From IMG/VR virus record IMGVR_UViG_3300007512_000011, positions 1 to 64,000 of that record: DNA of 64,000 bases. One strand, written 5' to 3'. This document shows, one piece after another, positions 10,419 to 20,087 of this stretch; the stretch's first letter is position 1; the number at the start of each line of letters is the position of its first letter. The stretch is from a virus. Below the pieces are notes generated by a model, which made no database searches, was not told where the DNA came from, and saw only the letters and a program-made list of their open reading frames with translations. Made by a program: the position numbers and the translations under genes.

Positions 10419-10823
10419 CTACTTAAAGCCAATTCCTGGAAACATCATGTTAACAAGGCCTTCTCTGCTGTTCTCAGGCTGATCATCCCCATAAAGCCAG
10501 GAGCTATCAGATCTGTAAACACCCAGTTCTTCTAGGATGCTCTGGATTTCTCCTCTGACTGCTTCCCGAAGCCTTGCTTCGTCAAGTCTTTCTTTCTCAG
10601 CTCGTGCAACCGCCTCACGAAGCTCACCATCATCTATTTCAAGAGTTTCATCATCTGCTTGTGAATCTTCGTTGAGAGTATCTTCGCCACCCTCAGCATC
10701 TAGATATGACTCTAGACCGGGATCTTCTCGCTTACTACGATTTCCTGCTTCTTGCAGCATACCTGCCTGCTCATCACCAGGCAGACCAGCTAGCTTGGCA
10801 AGTCTGTTTATATCAAAATTCAT
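10419..10823 (-). CDS. acidic putative prohead core/internal protein
   Basis: RLAKLAGL motif, several L-x-E sites, LDEARLREAVRGEIQSILEE; ATACTTA upstream. Confidence 0.55.
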   Translation of the reverse strand: MNFDINRLAKLAGLPGDEQAGMLQEAGNRSKREDPGLESYLDAEGGEDTLNEDSQADDETLEIDDGELREAVARAEKERLDEARLREAVRGEIQSILEELGVYRSDSSWLYGDDQPENSREGLVNMMFPGIGFK

Positions 10824-10876
10824 TGCTTATCCTCCAGCATAAATTAAGTATTTAGCTTTGAGAAAAACATCCCTAG

Positions 10877-11230
10877 CTAGTCATCTAGATTCTGACGAAT
10901 TCTAGAAGAAATCGCCTGGCCTTTTTGAACCGCTGTCGAGAGAGGTTCCAATCCCAACGCTACTCTAACCAGATCAAATGTGTAGCCATCAAGATTTTGC
11001 TTCAGCACAACCATGTCCGCATATTGATGCAAATCCCACTGTGACACAGGGACATCCTCACCCTCAAGCCCAGGTTCATAGTCACCTGTCTCACGAGACT
11101 CGAACATGTAGAGGAGACAGGGCATCTCCTCTCCCTCAGGAACAATAACAAACGGAATACTTGATGTCGATCCGTCTGCATTTTCCTCATAAAGAATCTC
11201 AGGGATCCAATTGCTTTCACTCATTACCAC
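10877..11230 (-). CDS. hypothetical protein
   Basis: 117-aa ORF with SD. Confidence 0.7.
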   Translation of the reverse strand: MVMSESNWIPEILYEENADGSTSSIPFVIVPEGEEMPCLLYMFESRETGDYEPGLEGEDVPVSQWDLHQYADMVVLKQNLDGYTFDLVRVALGLEPLSTAVQKGQAISSRIRQNLDD

Positions 11231-11281
11231 TCCTGTCTACCTCGGAATTATTCCATTTATAAACGGAAACGTTTATAGCAG

Positions 11282-12052
11282 CTAGAGAGAAAGCTTTTCT
11301 CTAACATTATCGAATAGCTCCAGCAGCTGGGCTTTTTGTTCTGGAAAGTCTTTGCCCAGCTCGTCGGTCAAAGCACTAAATCCCTGTTGCCATTCTCCAA
11401 ACATGCCATCGATCCATTCAGGAATCTCTTGACTTCTCAGCGCATTTTCAAGAGCAGCTAGATCGCCTGTCACCTCTGCACTATGCTTTGCCAAAAAGTC
11501 AGAGATTTTACTTATATCAACATCAACACCGATAAAGCTGCCATACTTGGTGACCATTTCCTGCAAGTCGGAAGACCTTGAAATATCATTCAACTTACTA
11601 GCAACGCGATCGAGGTCACTTGATAGACTTTTCTTTAAGGCAGAAACATCTCCCATACTTAGATTCTCTGCCTCCTTGCCTGCCACTTCTGAAAAATGCT
11701 CAGCTACAGATGGAAAAATCTCTAGAAAACCCTTGGTGCCCTTTTTATTAATATCTGCTAAAATTTTTGAAAAATCAGCCGCGAGATCACCGCTACCAAC
11801 TCCAAGGTATTGAGCTATTTTTCCTGGCTTCACATCAGCCAGGAACATTGCTGTAATCGCTCCTCCGAATGTCGTTAGAGACTTTGGAACTCTGAAAAAG
11901 AGCCACTGTGCAGGCTCTTGCCCGTATAGCTCATAAAATGTCATAAATTGATTTTCCTGGGCTCTCTGGCCTAGCTGGAAACCCACCTTACCTATCTTCT
12001 CGCTAAGAAGGTCTCTCACAATATGTTTTAACTGTTCACGATCAGAGGACAC
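11282..12052 (-). CDS. hypothetical late protein with L-x-E leader
   Basis: DREQLKHIVRDLLSE leader; start uncertain (12052-12076). Confidence 0.65.
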   Translation of the reverse strand: MSSDREQLKHIVRDLLSEKIGKVGFQLGQRAQENQFMTFYELYGQEPAQWLFFRVPKSLTTFGGAITAMFLADVKPGKIAQYLGVGSGDLAADFSKILADINKKGTKGFLEIFPSVAEHFSEVAGKEAENLSMGDVSALKKSLSSDLDRVASKLNDISRSSDLQEMVTKYGSFIGVDVDISKISDFLAKHSAEVTGDLAALENALRSQEIPEWIDGMFGEWQQGFSALTDELGKDFPEQKAQLLELFDNVREKLSL

Positions 12053-12323
12053 CAAACATCTCCCTTCTCTCTGCAAGTGTACGAAGCTTTAGGTCAACAC
12101 CTGTCTGCTCCCTATAATAATTAATTAGCTCCTTCTCAAAATCATTCAACCACTGCTCCTTTGTCCTCGAATCACGACGAGAAAATCTTTTACGCAGCGG
12201 TGAGGGTATTCCTCGAAGAATCTCCTTCTTGACAGTCACCCAGTCATCGCAATCTCCAACATAGGATGCAACAAAGCGTAGCTGCTCTAAGATCCTATTC
12301 ATTCCTTGGTCAGATGCTTCCAT
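12042..12323 (-). CDS. hypothetical protein
   Basis: Overlaps both neighbours in the operon. Confidence 0.65.
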   Translation of the reverse strand: MEASDQGMNRILEQLRFVASYVGDCDDWVTVKKEILRGIPSPLRKRFSRRDSRTKEQWLNDFEKELINYYREQTGVDLKLRTLAERREMFGVL

Positions 12324-15300
12324 TGTACCTTGAAATTAAGCCCTGTAGTGCCCGAGTCACACTTGCAACCTCATTTGTAGATCCTGGAGAGCTCTCAGCA
12401 GCAATTGATCTTGGGTCTGGAAGATTTAAAGTTGACACAAGCTTAGCAAACTCCTCGCGGTCCCTCTCTGCATCAAGATCAATACCAGACTGTTTTAGTC
12501 TACGTAACGGCGAATTTTTAAGCTGAGATCTGATACCATAGTTTCCACCTCTAAAATTTCTAAAATAAACTGCACCCTGTGCAGGTGAGAAGTCAAAAAA
12601 CTCTGATGATCTGCTGTTACCATTCTCATCTGTTAGTGTGATCTTAAAGTCTGGATGCAGGTGAAACAAGCCTTTTCCCTTCACCTGAACTAGACCTGCC
12701 TTTTTAAGCATGTAATACTTCCGGAGCACATCTGCTGAAACAGTGTAAACAGCAAGCAACGCGCCTGAAATATTCTCTCCCATGCTTCGAAGAGCGGGTA
12801 ATACCACATCCCTATACTCCTCTTTGCTTATCTTAGCGAGGATGCTCTCTATCTCAGGCAGGTCATTCTTAGACCGATAGTCATTTATCACATCCCTTAC
12901 AAGTATCAACCTCCTGTTCACCTCAGCTGCTGTTGGATCCATGTTTATAAGATCTGCAATATCTTGGTTTTGCGGCTTAGGGTTTGAAGCAAAAAACTCA
13001 CCTTTGTCAAAGTCATACTTTAGTGTGGGCTCTCCTGCTTGAGCGTTTGGAAGCTTTACCTCGATGCCGAGCATTCCGCTGGCCATGGGAACATAGACAT
13101 CAGATACAGAGTTATCCTCTCCGCTTTGTACTTGGAGACCAGCTGCCTTGAGATTCTCACCTACATCAATCTCATACACATATCCTGCCTTCCGTTGGCC
13201 TCCGGTGACTCCAGCAATTCCAAAAATCACCATGAGGTCATCGAGATCAGGCATGACATATGCTGGATACTTGCTACTGGGGTTAGGATGCTCATCAGGT
13301 GCAAGCTCAATGATGCCCCTCGTGCGATCAGGTGATAATCTATCGTACATAAGGTTTAATATCTTATTGATATCATGACGATCATCGACACCTGGAGCCA
13401 AGCCAAGCCTAACTAGTTTGTTTGCACCTGACACATTGATTATTTTCTGTATGTCATTTCCGAAAAAATCAGGTGATTTAAGAATGTCAAAGATAACTCT
13501 TGACTTTTCAGTGAAGGATTTCGCGCTCTCATATGTCTCAGAACTCTCGTATAGCAGCTCTCTAACCTTTTGTCTAAAGCGCAGCTCAGCTAATTCACTT
13601 TCTGATGGGGCTTTAGAAATTGTAGCATTGATCACATCGATGGCCTTGCGGGCCTCATCCCTTACCTTCTCCGAGCTGGCATTTAATCTGTGTCCAATAT
13701 ATTCCTCAAATCTTTCTAGAGCTTCTCTAAATTCAGGTGTGTTCGCCATCAGCATATGAGACAAGAGATCCTCAAAGGTTCTGACAGAATTCTTATCCTC
13801 TACCTGCACGCCTAGCTTAGGAAGGTAATCATCAGGATCAGGTATCCTTCCTGATACATCTTCGACACCGTTAACTTTTTCACGTAGTCCGCCTGGAAAA
13901 GCTATTGTGTACTTAATAACCCTGTCTGATGTTGACTCTCTCTCACCTTTTATTTTAGCTAGAAGAGAAAACATTAGCTTATGATATTCACCCTTAACCT
14001 TTCCTTCTCCCCCACCAGAAAGTTCCCAGGATGTATCATCCATGCTAACACTTGGAAACAGGTCAACCTGAAATAATTGACCTGTTTCTGCATCCTTGAC
14101 CATTATGGCGATAAGCTGTCCCACCTTTAACACACGCGGTACACCTTCGACCAATTCATCACTGAGGTATGGCGAACTCAACATCTTTTGGTATAGTGTT
14201 TCCTTATCAGGCTCACTTACAACAAGATCAATATCACCGATCATTTGCTTGTCAGTTGCTGTACTACCCACAGGTAAGAACTTCATGCCTGACGGTTCCA
14301 GTAGATTCTTCTCAAGATCTTGGATTATCCTATCAGCCTGCTGTCTGGATATTCTATCATCTGATGTTGCAACAATCTTATTTCCCTGATCATCCTTCTT
14401 TTTAAAGGCCTTTCCACCCTCGGAGAGAATCTTCATTAAAATCTTATTCACTGTTTCACTTAGATCTTTATCACCTTCTCGGTCTGACATTTTTGCCTTG
14501 CCGTATGAAAAGAATCCACGCAATCTATTAATGGGTGTAAAAAGACCGGTTAACTTATAGGTCTTATTATTGTGTGTAAAGACAATGCCCTCTGTGGCGC
14601 GAGTAAATAAATCTTCATTAGCTTCAAGCCTCGCCAGGGCTACACGAATCCCCTCTAGTGTCTTCTCATCTTCAGATCCCAATCCAAAGTTAAACCCAGA
14701 TTCAAATGCACCCCTAACACCTTTAACAAATCCTAGCAGATCTTCCTGATTACTAGCCTGGAGGGCAAGATCAAGCTTATCAATAATCATAATACCCAGT
14801 CGCTGAATGATATTCTCAAGCGGAACAATTGCTTCTTGAACTACTCTAGTCTTTACTTTGTCGAGCGATCGAAAGCGCTGATAGTCTTCGGGGGATACCA
14901 TCTTCTTAAGTCGTAGTGCAACTTTTCCCTTTCCTGTCATAAATCTGTCAGCGACATCAGGAATCAGATCATCAGGAATAAATTTATATTTCTCACGAAT
15001 AAACTCCTCTAGCCTCGCTTTAACATAATCACCAACTGTATTATTGCCAATTGAAAGCCCAACCTCTCCAACAACTGACTCTAAGTCTTTCTCTAGTTGC
15101 TCAAGTGCACCATCATCCTCTTTAAGACCTTTCATAAGAGAGGCCGTCGGCACCTTGTCCATAGTAAAAGCGTCTGTTGAAGACTCCCGCATCTCTGACA
15201 TGAAGGATGACAGTGCATCCTGGTTAGCAGGCTCTTCTGTCAGAGAAACGGCAAGAACTGTCCTTAGAGAGTCCTCATCATATAAAATTGTATTAGGATT

Positions 15301-16599
15301 CTTTGAAACCATTATCTGTGATACCATCACAACCTCTCCATTTCTAAAGAGTGAATCCTGATATGGTAATGCTACGGGCTCTAGTGCCTCATAGGCAATT
15401 GCAAAACCTTCTGCAATGTTTGATCTATCTCCCGTATATGCAGACATAATCTGATTTAGCGTCATTCCGCCGCCAGCTCCACCTGCTCGAATTAGCTCTA
15501 GCCGTCGATCCTTTGCCCTCTGGCTCTGAAGGTCCATCTTAGTAAAAAATCTTAGCTGTCCATCAACAACTGTGAAAGCTAGAAACTGACCATCCATTTT
15601 TTCCTGAACATTCTCTAGTTTTCCTTCAAGCCCTAGACGGCCAATCTCAATAATATCGCTGAGAGGCATTCCTAGTTCTTCATACAGATTGTATATGTGT
15701 GCTTCCTCACCAGGCTTAGCGGTGTCTTTATCATCTTGCTCTGATAGAATTTTTATAGCAGAAAACTTTGTTGCAGCTCTTTTTATAACAATTTCTGAAA
15801 TGGCTGGCTCATTTATACTGCCCAGAAGAATTTCAATGATCTTGTCCTTTTCATCATTGTTAAGAAAAGGAGGAAGATATCGCTTGGCTTCTTCTGCTGT
15901 CTCTGGAGAAGATGCGAGATCTCTAACTCGAGTACCTCTAACAGACTGCAACTGTGCAATATCCTCGTCAGACAGGTCCTTTCGAGCTTCTCCTTCTAAC
16001 CCAGCATAATATCCCCTTAGTGCATCACGCGCTTCTTCTTCGGCGCGGGCCATTAGGCTATCTAACCTATCTGGATCCAGGTAGTCTTCTGGGCTTTCGG
16101 GAATGGCGCCGCCAAATTGGATCTTTCCCGCTGTCACAAAGTCTTTAAATTTTGGGCTTTTCATGTAAGGCATCATCGAAGATTTATCTCCATAGATAGT
16201 TACCTTTTCATACATGTCGGGATTCTCAACAAACTCCTCAAGATTCTTGAATATCGCTGTTACGGGTGCTCGAACTGCAGCGAGATCTCCCTGTTCATCC
16301 CTGGCCTGACTTTGCACCAGAACTACCTCGACGCCTGGGATTCTATCGAGTGCAGTCTTGTATATTTGAAAGATAGACTCAGCAACTTTCTCGTCATACT
16401 CTCTCTTTGTCTTGCCTATTCTTCTAAACTTCTGTCGAGGTGCCAGCGGCTTACCCCTCTTCCCGTATCTAATGGGCTCCACTTGCTGCATGCCGTAAAA
16501 TAGATACACCTTGTCATTATCGCGTATCGCGTCAGCCAACCTTGCAAAATGTCCAGTTGTGAAGGGCTTGAATCCTCCGCCGTAAAGTCCAAGCTTCAT
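12310..16599 (-). CDS. four-domain protein: HxGH nucleotidyltransferase + KxDG ligase-like + Pol-beta-type nucleotidyltransferase + PD-(D/E)xK nuclease-like
   Basis: GGGFKPFTTGH; EKMDGQ...EGIVF...YKLTG; VGS...GDIDL...FQVDL; YVYE...SDVYV...IEVK. Confidence 0.75.
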   Translation of the reverse strand: MKLGLYGGGFKPFTTGHFARLADAIRDNDKVYLFYGMQQVEPIRYGKRGKPLAPRQKFRRIGKTKREYDEKVAESIFQIYKTALDRIPGVEVVLVQSQARDEQGDLAAVRAPVTAIFKNLEEFVENPDMYEKVTIYGDKSSMMPYMKSPKFKDFVTAGKIQFGGAIPESPEDYLDPDRLDSLMARAEEEARDALRGYYAGLEGEARKDLSDEDIAQLQSVRGTRVRDLASSPETAEEAKRYLPPFLNNDEKDKIIEILLGSINEPAISEIVIKRAATKFSAIKILSEQDDKDTAKPGEEAHIYNLYEELGMPLSDIIEIGRLGLEGKLENVQEKMDGQFLAFTVVDGQLRFFTKMDLQSQRAKDRRLELIRAGGAGGGMTLNQIMSAYTGDRSNIAEGFAIAYEALEPVALPYQDSLFRNGEVVMVSQIMVSKNPNTILYDEDSLRTVLAVSLTEEPANQDALSSFMSEMRESSTDAFTMDKVPTASLMKGLKEDDGALEQLEKDLESVVGEVGLSIGNNTVGDYVKARLEEFIREKYKFIPDDLIPDVADRFMTGKGKVALRLKKMVSPEDYQRFRSLDKVKTRVVQEAIVPLENIIQRLGIMIIDKLDLALQASNQEDLLGFVKGVRGAFESGFNFGLGSEDEKTLEGIRVALARLEANEDLFTRATEGIVFTHNNKTYKLTGLFTPINRLRGFFSYGKAKMSDREGDKDLSETVNKILMKILSEGGKAFKKKDDQGNKIVATSDDRISRQQADRIIQDLEKNLLEPSGMKFLPVGSTATDKQMIGDIDLVVSEPDKETLYQKMLSSPYLSDELVEGVPRVLKVGQLIAIMVKDAETGQLFQVDLFPSVSMDDTSWELSGGGEGKVKGEYHKLMFSLLAKIKGERESTSDRVIKYTIAFPGGLREKVNGVEDVSGRIPDPDDYLPKLGVQVEDKNSVRTFEDLLSHMLMANTPEFREALERFEEYIGHRLNASSEKVRDEARKAIDVINATISKAPSESELAELRFRQKVRELLYESSETYESAKSFTEKSRVIFDILKSPDFFGNDIQKIINVSGANKLVRLGLAPGVDDRHDINKILNLMYDRLSPDRTRGIIELAPDEHPNPSSKYPAYVMPDLDDLMVIFGIAGVTGGQRKAGYVYEIDVGENLKAAGLQVQSGEDNSVSDVYVPMASGMLGIEVKLPNAQAGEPTLKYDFDKGEFFASNPKPQNQDIADLINMDPTAAEVNRRLILVRDVINDYRSKNDLPEIESILAKISKEEYRDVVLPALRSMGENISGALLAVYTVSADVLRKYYMLKKAGLVQVKGKGLFHLHPDFKITLTDENGNSRSSEFFDFSPAQGAVYFRNFRGGNYGIRSQLKNSPLRRLKQSGIDLDAERDREEFAKLVSTLNLPDPRSIAAESSPGSTNEVASVTRALQGLISRYNGSI

Positions 16600-17243
16600 T
16601 CTCTTCTCCTCGGCCAGTGCCCTTGCATCACTCTATATATTTCCTCGACAGCGCCGGGAAAATCTTGCATATTAATTGATAAATGTGCCCGAAGTGTTTC
16701 ACCATCCAGGCGGATATCACACCACTCATTTGACGTTTCACTCTTCTTTGTCGAGACAAGATCACACAGCCTATCAACATGAATTGGCGAGAAGCCCCAG
16801 ATGTCACAGCTAACATTGATCCTCTTTCCCCTAGTCCTGGGTGATATATGAATATGTCCATGAATTAAAAGATCATGATCAGAAAATAGCCTCTCGGGCA
16901 CAGGATGGTGCTGCACTAGTGCTTTTTGTCCATTTGGCAGTGTGTAATTCATCTTTCTATGGCACTCATCAAATCCAACCTCCTTCATCTTCTTGAGACT
17001 CAGATCATGATTTCCCTTTACAAGAACCTTGTAGCCTTTTAGCTGTGACATTATCTCTGGCATTTTTTGCTTACCACACAAAAACATGTCACCCACAACT
17101 ATCACTCTATCATCGTTGCCAACCACACCATTCCAATTGTCAATCAATGCACTATTCATCTCATCAACATTCGAAAATGGTCTATCACAATGCTTGATAA
17201 TATTTCTATGTCCGAAATGTAAGTCTGATGTGAAAAAGTCCAT
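16596..17243 (-). CDS. calcineurin-like metallophosphoesterase
   Basis: SDLHFGH, VGD, GNHD, HGHIH. Confidence 0.92.
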   Translation of the reverse strand: MDFFTSDLHFGHRNIIKHCDRPFSNVDEMNSALIDNWNGVVGNDDRVIVVGDMFLCGKQKMPEIMSQLKGYKVLVKGNHDLSLKKMKEVGFDECHRKMNYTLPNGQKALVQHHPVPERLFSDHDLLIHGHIHISPRTRGKRINVSCDIWGFSPIHVDRLCDLVSTKKSETSNEWCDIRLDGETLRAHLSINMQDFPGAVEEIYRVMQGHWPRRRE

Positions 17244-18502
17244 TAGAGGCCAAACTCCTCCGACATCATTCTAACAGCAGCATCATTCATCTTTAGCAGC
17301 TTCTGGTAGTCTTTCTCATTTAAGCCTCTGGCTTTTTTCTGCTCTACATTTCTTCTAAGATTTTCCTCATAGTGTGCTTTAATGGCATTCATCATATCCA
17401 GCGCGTCATAGTCCCCTCCAGTCTCAAGAGTCAGAGCTAATCCCTTTATTCCCTTCACAAGAGATCTCATGTCTACATTGTCTTTGTCAACACCAGGATT
17501 TCCAACCAAAAGCGGATGAGGATCTAGAGTATCTCCCATAAGGTAGGCAGCAATATCTACCAGAAAATTGCCGATATCTGTACTCACATTTTCAATCTTC
17601 ACATCTTTTTGAAACTTAGCAGGTACTCTCTTTCCCTCCCTAGACTTAATTGCCACCCCCTGGGTACCGACAGACATCACCAGATGGTCACCAAGAGACT
17701 TATATATGTTTCCTATCAGGTATCCCTTGACACCACGCTCTGGTGTATACCTACCCTTCATCCACTCTGCGTATCTCGGATACGTCGTGACTGTGTCTAC
17801 TTGGACTAGCTCTCCACCAGGCAGTGTTACAATGACCATATATGGGCTAGAGCCCGGTTTTAGTGTTAGCTCAATATCAACTTCAGCAGGTCTAGCAGAA
17901 TTTAAAAAATCAACAAACAATTGCTCATATTCTCGCTTGGCTGCATTTTCAGATTGTCGCCTGACTTTCTCATCATCTCCCTCTCGGTGAGTTACGGGAA
18001 GCTCTACCAGATAATCAATATCTCCATATTCTGCACTAGGTCTATCTGCAGCATCCTGTGAATAATAGCTTACAGACCCTACAGGCTTAATTGGCTTCAC
18101 AGGATCATGACCTGTTGACTCAAGATATGAATTCCACTGTCCCAAGAGATTCTCATACACCTTTATTGCCTGGCCCACTAGGGTGGGATTTAACTTTTTA
18201 TCGGAACCGCCGGGAATCTTTAATCCTCCCTCAGCGATCAAGCCGCTTCTAATTCCCAATCTTTTAGCACCATTTCTGAGATATCGAATTGCCTCGATTG
18301 CACTTTGAATTCTGTGTATCTCTTTTCTATTTTGAAGTCTTTTTGGACCACTCCTAAGCGTCCTTTTTAAGTGCTGAAGCTCGTTGATTATTCTATCAAG
18401 GTCTTCGACGTGACTTGTCGAGCCATATTCTGCTTCCGTTCCATCGTAAAGCCTTAGCATAGATTCACGAATAAGCTGTCTTAAAAGCTCTTCTGATCTC
18501 AT
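17243..18502 (-). CDS. Pol-beta-type nucleotidyltransferase with N-terminal leader domain
   Basis: VGSVSYY...GDIDYL...VQVD; leader EELLRQLIRES; LIAE|GG junction. Confidence 0.7.
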   Translation of the reverse strand: MRSEELLRQLIRESMLRLYDGTEAEYGSTSHVEDLDRIINELQHLKRTLRSGPKRLQNRKEIHRIQSAIEAIRYLRNGAKRLGIRSGLIAEGGLKIPGGSDKKLNPTLVGQAIKVYENLLGQWNSYLESTGHDPVKPIKPVGSVSYYSQDAADRPSAEYGDIDYLVELPVTHREGDDEKVRRQSENAAKREYEQLFVDFLNSARPAEVDIELTLKPGSSPYMVIVTLPGGELVQVDTVTTYPRYAEWMKGRYTPERGVKGYLIGNIYKSLGDHLVMSVGTQGVAIKSREGKRVPAKFQKDVKIENVSTDIGNFLVDIAAYLMGDTLDPHPLLVGNPGVDKDNVDMRSLVKGIKGLALTLETGGDYDALDMMNAIKAHYEENLRRNVEQKKARGLNEKDYQKLLKMNDAAVRMMSEEFGL

Positions 18503-18541
18503 AACATACCCCTATTGATAAGTATGATGAGACAACTGTTC

Positions 18542-18754
18542 CTACAGGTCGTTCCTGACAACCCAATCAGGATCAGAATCAACACCATCTAGCGCACCCT
18601 TCACACTTCCATGCACAAACATTCTAATATGGTCATCAGTTATCACATCTTCCTCTGTGAGACTAAACTGACGCCTGACATAAGTTAAAAATTCAGGTGT
18701 CATTTCTATCTCAAGATCTCCACCTGTTGGCAATGTTATTGTTCTTTTTTGCAT
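18542..18754 (-). CDS. hypothetical protein
   Basis: ATG at 18754 with GGAG SD downstream of the promoter. Confidence 0.6.
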   Translation of the reverse strand: MQKRTITLPTGGDLEIEMTPEFLTYVRRQFSLTEEDVITDDHIRMFVHGSVKGALDGVDSDPDWVVRNDL

Positions 18755-18783
18755 GTCGAGCTCCGCATTTCTTTTATGGCTAA

Positions 18784-18813
18784 ATCTTACCACAAAAAAG
18801 AAAAAATTACACG
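18784..18813 (-). promoter_or_regulatory. CGTGYAA-N17-TAnnAT promoter (CGTGTAA/TAAGAT)
   Basis: Motif copy, 17-nt spacer. Confidence 0.75.
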
Positions 18814-18814
18814 A

Positions 18815-19531
18815 CTATCTGCTCATTAACTTTTGAACTCGCCTTCTAATCTCAGCAACACGTTGCGGACCGCCGGGTGTAATTGGAACAGGGGGTGTTG
18901 TATCCTCTGCACCCGCTTTCTCTTCTTCCTCTTCCTCTTCATCCTCAGCTGTTTCAGCAGCAGCCGGTTCTTTTTCTGGCTCTGCTGAAACCTTAGGTTC
19001 AGGAGGCTTAGCACCGCCTCCTGACATAGCAATATTCAAAGGTGGATCACTTGGATCTTGTGCATCAGCCCCAGTTACATTGTTTGTTAAAATTTTTGAA
19101 AACGCACTCATAAATGCCTGCAGTGCTTGTCTCTCTGGTGCTTCTAGCCTGTCAAAGTAGGCACGCATTTGTGCTTTGATTTCTCTGTCATCGACAGATC
19201 GCCCACTCCTTAGTGTCTTAATACTATCTGCAACACTATCGAGTGACACCTCAAGGCCCTCTCCAGAGTCATCTTCCACTGGCTCAGCATCATCAGTCGA
19301 AACAGACTCAGTGTCGTCAGTGGGCTTCGTGGCCTCTTCTTCTTCAGAAGGAAGGCCATCCTGTTCGCTAAGATCGTATATTGACTTATCTTGCTTCATC
19401 TGCTTCTCAATCTGTCCTTGCATTGGATCAGTTGACGAAATTGAGCGTTGTGCCTCCTTGATACTCTCTTCTGCTAAAATTTTGAGAAATAGCTCAACAT
19501 CTCTAGCACTATCAAGTCTTATGTCACTCAT
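18815..19531 (-). CDS. acidic hypothetical late protein
   Basis: FLKILAEESIKE, LSEQ, poly-Glu tract, VAEIRRRVQKLM. Confidence 0.7.
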   Translation of the reverse strand: MSDIRLDSARDVELFLKILAEESIKEAQRSISSTDPMQGQIEKQMKQDKSIYDLSEQDGLPSEEEEATKPTDDTESVSTDDAEPVEDDSGEGLEVSLDSVADSIKTLRSGRSVDDREIKAQMRAYFDRLEAPERQALQAFMSAFSKILTNNVTGADAQDPSDPPLNIAMSGGGAKPPEPKVSAEPEKEPAAAETAEDEEEEEEEKAGAEDTTPPVPITPGGPQRVAEIRRRVQKLMSR

Positions 19532-19698
19532 TTCTTTTCTCCGTACCAGATTCTATTCTGCCAACGTTCACGATATAGCTTATTATATCTTCTTTGAGGA
19601 GTCTCCTCCTCCTGTGTGTGATTTTCATTCTTAGCAGCAGATGATTCCTTTTCACAGATATCATTTATAAATTTTTCAAATTCAAACTCTTGACTCAT
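19528..19698 (-). CDS. small hypothetical protein (56 aa, absent from ORF track)
   Basis: MSQEFEFEKFINDICEKE...RWQNRIWYGEKK; TGAGG SD; ATGA overlap with the next gene. Confidence 0.7.
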   Translation of the reverse strand: MSQEFEFEKFINDICEKESSAAKNENHTQEEETPQRRYNKLYRERWQNRIWYGEKK

Positions 19699-19718
19699 TA
19701 TTGCCTCACATGAATTAA

Positions 19719-20087
19719 TTATGCGGAGTTTTTTGTTGTTACGGTTAATTCTACATGATATGAATCGAGACCTTGTGCCTCAAATCTTGTCTCAAGAACA
19801 TTGACGTTTTTAAATGACAAAACTGGTTCATCAGAAGCATTATGAAGCACATCTAGTGTCACACTGCTTCTATTTCCAAGCATAACAAGTGCCTGATTAG
19901 CGTCACATAAAAATGATATAGAGATAATACCGGGAGAAGATATGATCTTTTGAGGTAGAAAATCAAGAATCCTACCCATTATCTGAAAACGACAGAGAAT
20001 TTCTGAAGGTGCTATATTATCGCCTAGCTGGGAGGCGGGGACTCTTCCCTTGAGAGAGTCACTCATAAAAATTGTGGTGCTAGACAT
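19719..20087 (-). CDS. hypothetical protein
   Basis: ORF overlapping the PCD stop. Confidence 0.55.
   Translation of the reverse strand: MSSTTIFMSDSLKGRVPASQLGDNIAPSEILCRFQIMGRILDFLPQKIISSPGIISISFLCDANQALVMLGNRSSVTLDVLHNASDEPVLSFKNVNVLETRFEAQGLDSYHVELTVTTKNSA

Noticed and set aside
11258-11277. Hairpin TATAAACG-GAAA-CGTTTATA as a terminator
   Set aside because: AT-rich stem with no clear U-tract; function unsupported
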